This document shows, in pieces, positions 1-6,987 of a DNA stretch of 29,562 bases; position 1 is the stretch's first letter; the number at the start of each line of letters is the position of its first letter. The DNA lies in the NCBI GenBank assembly GCA_022572525.1, contig JACZVS010000001.1, positions 1 to 29,562 on the forward strand, given 5' to 3'. The stretch comes from Nanobdellota archaeon. Its GTDB lineage: Archaea > Nanobdellota > Nanobdellia > Pacearchaeales > UBA12030. The notes under the pieces are model-generated. The model saw only the letters and a program-made list of their open reading frames with translations. It did not search any database and was not told the DNA's origin. The translations under genes and the position numbers were made by a program.

Positions 1-2
1 TT

Positions 3-344
3 TCCTTTGGATTTCCTGTTGATGGGGCATTGCAGCTTAAAAATCCAGATTATGTTTTTGAGACAATCAACATAAAAGATTTTGCGAAAAGCAAGTCAAG
101 GATGGTAGAAATAAAGGGAAGATTGATAGGAACAAAAGGAAATGTAAAGAAGGTAATTCAACATCTTGGAGATATTGATATTTGTGTTTCAGAAAGCCAA
201 ATCGGAATTATTGGCAAAGTTGAGGATGTTTTAGTTGCAAGAGAAGCTATTCAAGCTCTTTTGAGGGGAGCAAAGCATGGAAGAATATTCAAATGGCTAG
301 AGCATAAAGAAAGATTTTTTAGAAAGGGGCATCGAAAGATTTAA
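3..344 (+). CDS. KH-domain RNA-binding protein, Dim2/Pno1-like (5'-truncated by window edge)
   Basis: Frame is open from base 3 (SFGFPVDGALQLKNPDY...); KH GxxG motif in RIKGRLIG-like IKGRLIGTKG and C-terminal AREAIQALLRGAKHG typical of Dim2/Pno1. Confidence 0.85.
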   Translation, partial: SFGFPVDGALQLKNPDYVFETINIKDFAKSKSRMVEIKGRLIGTKGNVKKVIQHLGDIDICVSESQIGIIGKVEDVLVAREAIQALLRGAKHGRIFKWLEHKERFFRKGHRKI

Positions 345-384
345 ATATTTTCAGTTTCATTTAGAGAAAAAGAGAAAGAAGAAA

Positions 385-1200
385 ATGGATGAGCAAAGCG
401 GAGTAGAAGTAATCATAAGGAAAAAATCACCATTTAGTACGGGCGCTTCTGCAGTAGGTGTTCCAAAAGTTTCTAGTAAGGGTGTTAAGTATTTTATACT
501 TCTTGTAATAGTGCTTGTAATTGGTTTTGGCGTTTACAAAGGATTTCCCGCAGTGACAAGTTTTGTAGCAACTCTAGGCGGAACAGAATTCCACTACACA
601 GTTCTTGCCACGGCAACGGAGACCTTCACCGATGAATCTTTAGAAGATATAACTTATACAGAAGTAAGTGGGACTAAGACTGTTGTAATAGAATCTGAAA
701 CAACAGTGAAACTTTTCATTTATTATGGAGATGATTTGAAGGAAAAATCTTCTTTTTTGGCCTCGAAAGGCGATTCAGTAAAATTAGTTTTCGAATACTT
801 CGAAGGGGGTGGGAGCTATACGGTTCACAAGAATGGAATAAAAGCTTGTAGTCTTTGCAGTGATCTAAGGTCAGACATAAAAGGAGTTCAATTGCAGTAT
901 GAGGTCATTATAGAACAGAATGTCGAAAGAACTGCCTCTCAGAAAGGAGAATCAAAAATTAGTAAGAATGGAAAAGAAAGGCAGATAGTGGAAGTAACTG
1001 CCATGCCAGAAGCTGCTAGTGGAGGAGAACTTTCAGAAGTTACCTATGAAGTGACAATAGGTAATCCCAATGTTCAAGGGATTGTAAGAGATAGATGGCT
1101 TTATGTTAGCTATGTTGAGGATGTTGAAGAAGTGGCCGAGGGCGGAGAGGCCACTGGTGAGGGCGGAGAGGCCACTGGTGAAGGCGAAGAAGAAGCTTAA
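385..1200 (+). CDS. Hypothetical single-pass membrane protein with beta-rich outer region and acidic Gly/Glu tail
   Basis: 271-aa ORF; hydrophobic YFILLVIVLVIGFGVY near N-terminus; C-terminal EGGEATG repeats. Confidence 0.7.
   Translation: MDEQSGVEVIIRKKSPFSTGASAVGVPKVSSKGVKYFILLVIVLVIGFGVYKGFPAVTSFVATLGGTEFHYTVLATATETFTDESLEDITYTEVSGTKTVVIESETTVKLFIYYGDDLKEKSSFLASKGDSVKLVFEYFEGGGSYTVHKNGIKACSLCSDLRSDIKGVQLQYEVIIEQNVERTASQKGESKISKNGKERQIVEVTAMPEAASGGELSEVTYEVTIGNPNVQGIVRDRWLYVSYVEDVEEVAEGGEATGEGGEATGEGEEEA
1138..1179 (+). repeat. Perfect in-frame 21-bp tandem duplication (GAGGGCGGAGAGGCCACTGGT x2)
   Basis: Read directly from sequence; encodes EGGEATG twice. Confidence 0.95.
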
Positions 1201-1230
1201 AGACCTGAGTTCTAATTTTTTGAGGAATTG

Positions 1231-1243
1231 AAAACTTTTAAAA
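1231..1243 (+). promoter_or_regulatory. BRE/TATA box for tRNA-Asn/tRNA-Ile
   Basis: AAAAC-TTTTAAAA, TATA starting 32 nt upstream of the tRNA-Asn 5' end. Confidence 0.65.
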
Positions 1244-1267
1244 GATATTCTTTATTCTTTAGCCTAT

Positions 1268-1377
1268 GCCTCGGTAGCTCAGTGGTAGAGCGCACGGCTG
1301 TTATGCCCTTTTGGAAAAAGCTCAACCAAAAGTAAGCAGAGACCGTGAAGTCGGCAGTTCGAGTCTGCCCCGGGGCG
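1268..1377 (+). tRNA. tRNA-Asn(GTT) with 38-nt intron at 37/38 (intron 1304-1341)
   Basis: Acceptor GCCTCGG/CCGGGGC, D arm GCTC/GAGC, anticodon stem CACGG/CCGTG, T arm GGCAG-TTCGAGT-CTGCC; central BHB helix CTGT/GCAG with 3-nt bulges TA|T and AG|A; no encoded CCA. Confidence 0.95.
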
Positions 1378-1379
1378 TG

Positions 1380-1454
1380 GGTCCCGTGGCTCAGTCTGGT
1401 TAGAGCGCTACACTGATAATGTAGAGGTCCTGGGTTCAAATCCCAGCGGGACCA
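1380..1454 (+). tRNA. tRNA-Ile(GAT)
   Basis: Acceptor GGTCCCG/CGGGACC, anticodon arm CTACA-CTGATAA-TGTAG, T arm CTGGG-TTCAAAT-CCCAG; no encoded CCA. Confidence 0.96.
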
Positions 1455-1487
1455 TATATTCTTATACTACTCACATCAAATATCGAT

Positions 1488-1844
1488 ATGAAAAAAGATA
1501 TTTTTACGGGCACTAGTGGTTGTTTTTTAGCGCTCGTTCTTGTAGGAGTTTTTGTAATAGCAGACGTTTTGACACAAGACAACATAAGTAATACTCTCTG
1601 GACCGCCTTCTTCTTTATTCTTGGAGGTCTTTGCATTTGGAATTATAAGAGCTGCGGAAGAATTCACTGTCAGATAACAGGACCTGGTTTCTTGGGTGTA
1701 GGGGCAATAGCTTTACTGAACATTTTTGGAGTGATAAATCTTTCATGGTCAATTATCTGGATAATTTTTTGGGTGGTTTTAATAATAGGTTATGGTATTG
1801 AATTTATACTTAGAGGAAAAACAGGATCTTGCTATAAGAAATAA
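1488..1844 (+). CDS. Small 4-TM membrane protein with C-G-R-x-H-C motif
   Basis: 118 aa, four hydrophobic segments, loop KSCGRIHCQITGP. Confidence 0.7.
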   Translation: MKKDIFTGTSGCFLALVLVGVFVIADVLTQDNISNTLWTAFFFILGGLCIWNYKSCGRIHCQITGPGFLGVGAIALLNIFGVINLSWSIIWIIFWVVLIIGYGIEFILRGKTGSCYKK

Positions 1845-2192
1845 CTACTCAACTTTCGCGCCTTCTTTACATTCTTTCTCAGGCTGCAGGAGAATAACTT
1901 TCTGTTCCTTTCCTTTTGAATCTCGCTCAACAGCTGCAAGCAACATTCCCTGACTTTCAACTCCTCTAAGCTTTGCAGGCTCGAGATTCGTGAATACGAT
2001 TATCTGCTTGCCTTCCAGCTCTTTTTCATTGTAGAAATCCTTAATGCCAGCAACAATTTGTTTCTCTTCAGAACCAATATCTACCTTGAGAACAATAAGC
2101 TTATCTGCATTTGGATGTAGCTCTACAGATTTAACTCGAGCAACTCTGATATCGAGCTTCTGCCAATCTTTGAATGAAATTTTTTCCGTCAT
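1845..2192 (-). CDS. Stand-alone tRNA-binding OB-fold protein (MetRS C-terminal domain / Trbp111 / CsaA family)
   Basis: DWQKLDIRVARV, HPNADKL, KQIVAGI, FTNLEPAKLRGVESQGMLLAA; ATGA overlap with metG. Confidence 0.92.
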   Translation of the reverse strand: MTEKISFKDWQKLDIRVARVKSVELHPNADKLIVLKVDIGSEEKQIVAGIKDFYNEKELEGKQIIVFTNLEPAKLRGVESQGMLLAAVERDSKGKEQKVILLQPEKECKEGAKVE

Positions 2193-3661
2193 TTTACCTT
2201 TTTGAATAGAACATCAGATTTTTTAATCTTTATGCTGCCAAGCAGGCCAAATTTTGTTCTTTCAAGAGAGATCTTTTTTTCCTTTAACCTATTAAGGATT
2301 TCTTCAGAAGCTTCCGGAATGAAGGGATGTAAAAGAATGGAGGCAACTCTTAAAGAATCTGCGATTGTGTAAAGTGCTTTGTTGAGTTCTTTTCCTTTTA
2401 ATTGCCATACCTTCTTCTCCTGTATATACTTATTGCATTCGTCTACAAATTCAATGATTAGATGGAGTGCTTTGTCTAACTCATAATTGTCGAGCTTCTT
2501 TTCTATCTCTTTTAGTTTGAGCTTTCCTATAAGCCTTTTGTCTGGAGTTGTTTTTTTAATCTCCCCTGCCTTTTTTGCAAGGCCTTCTAATCTGCTTACA
2601 AGATTACCTAGCTTGTCTGCCAGTTCGTTATTCCTTTCTTTCAAGCCTTCTTCTGAAAAGTCTCCGTCTTCTCCGAAGACAATATCTTTTAGAATGTAGT
2701 ATCTAAGAGCATCTGCCCCATATGTTTCTACTAGTTTGATTGGGTTGATTATTCTTCCAGCCGCCTTACTTAACTTTTCTCCTTTTAGATTAATGAAACC
2801 ATGAACAAGAACTGTTTTTGGCAGCTTTATTCCTGCTGATGATAGCATAGATCCCCAAATCACAGTATGGTGCCACAGAATGTCTTTTCCAATTAGATGA
2901 ATGTCGGCAGGCCAATATTTCTCGAAAGTTTTTGTTTTGTAATCTATTCCACTTAGATAGTTGATGAGAGCATCAAACCAAACATAAATTGTATGCTTTT
3001 TGTTAAAAGGAACTGGAATTCCCCATTTAAGGGGAGTTCTACTTACACTTAAATCCTTGAGGCCATCTTTTAGCCTATTTAGGATTTCCGCCTGTTTATG
3101 TTTTGGAAGAATAAAGTTTTTATTTTTCTTTATATGCTCTATAATCTGCTTCTCATACTTACTCATCTTAAAGAAATAGCTTTCTTCTCTTACCTTCTCA
3201 AGAGGCTTTTTATGAGTAGGGCATTCTAAGTTCAGAGAGTCTTTCTCAAGATAGAAAGTTTCGCAGTCTATGCAGTAAAGACCTTCATACTCTCCCTTGT
3301 AGATATCCCCTTTTTTGTTTACTTTCTCTAAGATGGCTTGAGCAACTTTTCCATGAACTTTTTCAGTAGTTCTTATGAATCTATCATTTGAGATGTTTAG
3401 AACCTTGCAAAGATTCTTGAACTTTTTCGACATTTCATCAACAAATTCTTGAGGACTCTTCTTAGCCTTTTTAGCAGCTCTTTGAATCTTTAAGCCATGT
3501 TCATCTGTTCCTGTTAGAAAGAATACGTCGTATCCCTGCAAGCGTTTCCATCTGGCTATGCAGTCAGCACAAATCTTCTCATAAGCATGTCCTAAGTGGG
3601 GTGCAGAGCTAGGATAATCGATTGCAGTTGTGATGTAAAATGCTTTGTCTTTGGATATCAT
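2189..3661 (-). CDS. metG: Methionyl-tRNA synthetase (short form, single Zn knuckle)
   Basis: YITTAIDYP, HLGH (HIGH), LTGTDEHG, CIDC...CPTH, YVWFDALINY, GKDILWHH, KLSKA (KMSKS). Confidence 0.97.
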   Translation of the reverse strand: MISKDKAFYITTAIDYPSSAPHLGHAYEKICADCIARWKRLQGYDVFFLTGTDEHGLKIQRAAKKAKKSPQEFVDEMSKKFKNLCKVLNISNDRFIRTTEKVHGKVAQAILEKVNKKGDIYKGEYEGLYCIDCETFYLEKDSLNLECPTHKKPLEKVREESYFFKMSKYEKQIIEHIKKNKNFILPKHKQAEILNRLKDGLKDLSVSRTPLKWGIPVPFNKKHTIYVWFDALINYLSGIDYKTKTFEKYWPADIHLIGKDILWHHTVIWGSMLSSAGIKLPKTVLVHGFINLKGEKLSKAAGRIINPIKLVETYGADALRYYILKDIVFGEDGDFSEEGLKERNNELADKLGNLVSRLEGLAKKAGEIKKTTPDKRLIGKLKLKEIEKKLDNYELDKALHLIIEFVDECNKYIQEKKVWQLKGKELNKALYTIADSLRVASILLHPFIPEASEEILNRLKEKKISLERTKFGLLGSIKIKKSDVLFKKVK

Positions 3662-3710
3662 TTGTTTGCAAAGACAAGTGTAAGGAAACTTTTAAATTTA
3701 TTTCTTCTAC

Positions 3711-5168
3711 TTATTTAGGTTGTAACTTTTCTAAGTCATGGTAGAAGATCGTCCCAAACCACCTTCTCCACCTTATTTTCCTTATCCTGCTGCTCCCAAT
3801 GTAAATTCCGACGACAGCTTTTCTGACTAATCCTACCATTGGTTCTATCCCAAAGAACTCTATGCGTGGCTTTCCACTTTCTACTGGTCTAACCTCCTTT
3901 ATTTTTGGAAGGAATATCACAGAATTTATGAATCTTAAGATTCCTGAAATAAAGAATACTGTAAAGAAGGGTGAGGCAAAAAATCCTGGGAATATCGGAA
4001 TGCTGAAATTTGATAAGAAACCACCAAGATTCGCTCCAATAAAGATTCCAATTCCATTAAGTATATTAAAATATGTAAAGAAAGTTGCTCTTTGTTGTTG
4101 AGTTGAAGAATCATTTATGAAATTGAAAACAGAAAGGTTAAATCCGCTCCACACAATTCCTGCAATTAATTGTATGGCCAAGATAAAGTAAAGATTTCCT
4201 TTCGCAAAAATCCAAAGTATCGGTAATAATGGCAGGATAAAACCAGTAATCCTTAGAATGGAAACATTTCCATATTTATCAGCGACTTTCCCCCAATGAA
4301 CCATCACTAGCAAGCTACCAATCGAACCAGTACTCACTACAGCTGAAAAAGTCAAGTAGCTAAATTGAAGGCTTTTCAACATATAGACTGCAAAGAAAGG
4401 TCCTGAAATGCTTGCTGCAAGTGTCATGAATGTGGCATATAGGACAAATCTCGAAAAATTAGTCCCCCTCATTTTTCTTACAAACTTGATTAGGGAAAAT
4501 TTCTCTTCTCCGTTTATTACAAACTCCGGTTCATATTTTAGGTATAGATAATAAAGGGAGATAAGTCTGAATAAGACTGCCGCGAAGAAGATAAGTGCAA
4601 ATCCAAGAAAGACTTTATCATCTGTGAATTGGTTTAGAACTACTCCTGCGAGGATCGTCACAACTAAAGCAATGCTGCCAGCTATTCTATTTCTCTTTCC
4701 AAAATATTCTCCCCTTGCTCTTGATGGAACTAAATCTCCAATCCAAGATGCCCAAGTAGGGCCTGGGTAGTGTGAGATTATAGTATAGATAACAACTAGG
4801 AAAATCAGTATAGGAATTCTATTTTCTTCGAATAAAAAAGGGATTAAGAGTATTGGAATTAAGATTAAAGATTGAAGCAATACCCAGGTGAGAACAATCT
4901 TTTTTCTGCTTATTCCTTTGCGCAAACTTTTTAATGCTCTAAGCTGAAATATCGGAGCTAAAAGATTTGCAATAGAGGTTAATAAACCGATTTGCTGATT
5001 AGTTGCTCCTAGTGCAATTGCAAATGGGGACATGTAAGTATTAGTTACTCCTCCATGGGCTGCTGCAGCTGCTCCATCCTTTACACTATAATTCAGACTT
5101 TTCTTTACTTTCTCTGATTCTGTTTCAGGGACCTTCACTATCCGATAATTTACCTTTTTTTTAGACAT
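3711..5168 (-). CDS. MFS transporter
   Basis: About 12 hydrophobic segments; WGKVADKYG motif A-like loop; two-domain MFS layout. Confidence 0.85.
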   Translation of the reverse strand: MSKKKVNYRIVKVPETESEKVKKSLNYSVKDGAAAAAHGGVTNTYMSPFAIALGATNQQIGLLTSIANLLAPIFQLRALKSLRKGISRKKIVLTWVLLQSLILIPILLIPFLFEENRIPILIFLVVIYTIISHYPGPTWASWIGDLVPSRARGEYFGKRNRIAGSIALVVTILAGVVLNQFTDDKVFLGFALIFFAAVLFRLISLYYLYLKYEPEFVINGEEKFSLIKFVRKMRGTNFSRFVLYATFMTLAASISGPFFAVYMLKSLQFSYLTFSAVVSTGSIGSLLVMVHWGKVADKYGNVSILRITGFILPLLPILWIFAKGNLYFILAIQLIAGIVWSGFNLSVFNFINDSSTQQQRATFFTYFNILNGIGIFIGANLGGFLSNFSIPIFPGFFASPFFTVFFISGILRFINSVIFLPKIKEVRPVESGKPRIEFFGIEPMVGLVRKAVVGIYIGSSRIRKIRWRRWFGTIFYHDLEKLQPK

Positions 5169-5202
5169 GCCCTTTCAAAATAACCTCTATTTCTAGTATG
5201 AG

Positions 5203-5314
5203 TGCGCTAACCGGGAGTCGAACCCGGATATTCAGCTTTTTCCTTTCCTTCTTTGTGGAGCTTCTTAAGAAGGCCCTTGGGAAGCTGACATCTTAGCCAT
5301 TGGATTATTAGCGC
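5203..5314 (-). tRNA. tRNA-Gly(CCC) with 40-nt intron at 37/38 (intron 5238-5277)
   Basis: Reverse strand: acceptor GCGCTAA/TTAGCGC, anticodon stem TCAGC/GCTGA, loop TT-CCC-A|intron|A, T arm CCGGG-TTCGACT-CCCGG; BHB central helix TTCC/GGAA; no encoded CCA. Confidence 0.93.
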
Positions 5315-5345
5315 TTTCAAATAGAGAGAAAACAAGAGATTAAAA

Positions 5346-6011
5346 CTATTTCCCAAGCTCGCTCTTAATCTTGTTTGCGTACTTATGTGCTAGTGTAAGT
5401 GGCTCTGGAAATTTATGGGGCTCTCTTGAAAATTTTTCTGTTAACTTTACTGCTGTCTTGAGTGACATGCCGTGCCCCACACTTACAACTATTGGCTTGC
5501 TTCCCTTTTTTGTTTCTACCAATCTCCCTTTTTCTTTTCCGTTAATGTAAACTTTATCTCCTTTTTGTTCTCCAACAAGTAGACTTTTTGCTATTCCAAT
5601 CGTTGCACTTTCTATAGCAATACCAAAATGGGATGCCAAACCACAACTTCTTGGATGCGAGAGGCCATGGCCACTAACAAAAATTACATCTGGCTTTGTT
5701 TCCAATTTCCTGTAAGTGCTAATTAAAGCTGGCAGTTCTCTATAAGCGAGAAATCCTGGCAAGTAAGGAAATGCTGCCCTCTTTATTGTAAATTTCTGTT
5801 CAACAATCTCTAAGTCAGGAGTTATGGTTACAGCACTCGCGATAATATCCTTTCCAGCTGTAATGGCATCTATTCCTGCAATAAACTGAGCATCCTCAAA
5901 ATTCATCATATCTTTTTCTGATACAAGCTTTGCCAGCTTTTTCTGCTCGTCTTCTAGTTTTTTGATATCAATATTAAATCTCTTAACAATCTCTTCTTCT
6001 GTCTTTCCCAT
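5346..6011 (-). CDS. nfi: Endonuclease V family protein (one catalytic Asp replaced by Ser)
   Basis: AGID, FPYLPGFLAYRE, GHGLSHPR..GLASH, TIGIAKS, PIVVSVGH, PEPLTLAH; start moved to ATG 6011 because of GGGAG SD-like run upstream. Confidence 0.92.
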   Translation of the reverse strand: MGKTEEEIVKRFNIDIKKLEDEQKKLAKLVSEKDMMNFEDAQFIAGIDAITAGKDIIASAVTITPDLEIVEQKFTIKRAAFPYLPGFLAYRELPALISTYRKLETKPDVIFVSGHGLSHPRSCGLASHFGIAIESATIGIAKSLLVGEQKGDKVYINGKEKGRLVETKKGSKPIVVSVGHGMSLKTAVKLTEKFSREPHKFPEPLTLAHKYANKIKSELGK

Positions 6012-6116
6012 TTCTCTCCCTCTTTTCTTATGCAAGGTATGCTTCCTATTAAAATTTTTTGATGCCAAGTATTAAGGGAAACCTTTTTAAAGTTTTCAAG
6101 CTTCTTTTTGCTGAAA

Positions 6117-6743
6117 ATGTTTTTCCAAAAGACTAATTGTAAGGGGTGTGGCAGAAGAGCCAATAAAAATCATAGATATTGTCCTTTTTGTGGAGCTAAT
6201 CTAAAGGAGGATGAGATGAGAATGCCCGAGGATGAATTTACAGAGTTTTCTAGAATAAAACTTCCATTCCCCTTTAGCAAGATCTTCGAGAGACTTACAA
6301 AAGACATGGCTCAAGAGCTCGATAAATTATGGGAGGATGATCTAGGAGAAAAAATGATTAAGAGAGGGGGAATTAGTATTAGCATAAGTAATGAAGATGG
6401 CACTCCGAGGATAAGAATAGGAGAAATGGGAAATCCTGCAAGCAGAAAATCTAAAACAGTAATCAAAAGAAAAATAAGCAAAGAAGATGCTGAAAGATAT
6501 GCGAAACTGCCAAGAGAGGAAGCTAAGTCTAACGTCAAGAGGTTATCTGATAGAGTTGTTTATGAGATCTTACTTCCAGGAGTCAAGAATATTAAAGATA
6601 TTTTTGTACATAAATTACAGAATAGCATTGAGATAAAGGCTTTTGGAAAGGATAAGGCATACTTTAAGTTGATTCCAGTTGATATGAATGTTGAAAGATA
6701 TGGCCTTAAAGATGAGATGCTTATTCTTGAGTTGAAGGAATAG
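6117..6743 (+). CDS. Zinc-ribbon + Hsp20/alpha-crystallin-like domain protein
   Basis: CKGC...CPFC N-terminus; C-terminal YEILLPGV...IEIKA...YFKLIP beta-sandwich pattern; TTTTTAAA at 6084-6091 supports ATG 6117. Confidence 0.7.
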   Translation: MFFQKTNCKGCGRRANKNHRYCPFCGANLKEDEMRMPEDEFTEFSRIKLPFPFSKIFERLTKDMAQELDKLWEDDLGEKMIKRGGISISISNEDGTPRIRIGEMGNPASRKSKTVIKRKISKEDAERYAKLPREEAKSNVKRLSDRVVYEILLPGVKNIKDIFVHKLQNSIEIKAFGKDKAYFKLIPVDMNVERYGLKDEMLILELKE

Positions 6744-6792
6744 TCTCCTTTCGCTTTCTATATTGTAGTCTCTTATTAGTGATTACAGATAG

Positions 6793-6806
6793 AAGGATTT
6801 ATAAAG
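6793..6806 (+). promoter_or_regulatory. BRE/TATA box upstream of SLT gene leader
   Basis: AAGGA-TTTATAAA-G; predicted start near 6827. Confidence 0.6.
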
Positions 6807-6987
6807 TGTTGTTTGCTAAAATTATAATGCTTCTGTTAGAACAAGCGTAAATTTTGTATATTTTCGAGTCACACAATTCATCCTCAAAAATTTGAAGGTA
6901 AAATGGACGAATCCGAAGCATCTCATGAAATACTGAAGACGGCGAGATGTAGAATGAAATCTCTACTGCCTTCTTTTAGCATGGAAA

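Noticed and set aside
385-560. Class III (pilin-like) signal peptide at SSKG-VKYF
   Set aside because: A Lys follows the putative cleavage site before the hydrophobic stretch; does not fit the canonical pattern. A G5-like resemblance further on was also too weak to call.
1212-1439. ORFs overlapping tRNAs (1212-1439, 10375-10629) and the many short antisense ORFs in the track
   Set aside because: They are shadows of tRNAs or of well-supported genes on the other strand or frame, with no motifs or expression signals.
5169-5345. Prophage or integrative element at tRNA-Gly or tRNA-Val
   Set aside because: No integrase, no duplicated tRNA 3' fragment and no viral genes in the window.
6012-6068. 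Long N-terminal extensions in the ORF track (EndoV 6068, AAA kinase 22670, LspA 25061)
   Set aside because: They run through promoter regions or opposite-strand genes; downstream ATGs fit TATA/SD positions and family N-termini.
6925-6987. In-frame MKY*RRR segment upstream of the SLT start resembling MKYQRTRRR; possible TGA recoding
   Set aside because: Two in-frame TGAs, and TGA ends clear genes here (7911, 12520, 13703, 28975), so the standard code applies; resemblance is probably chance.
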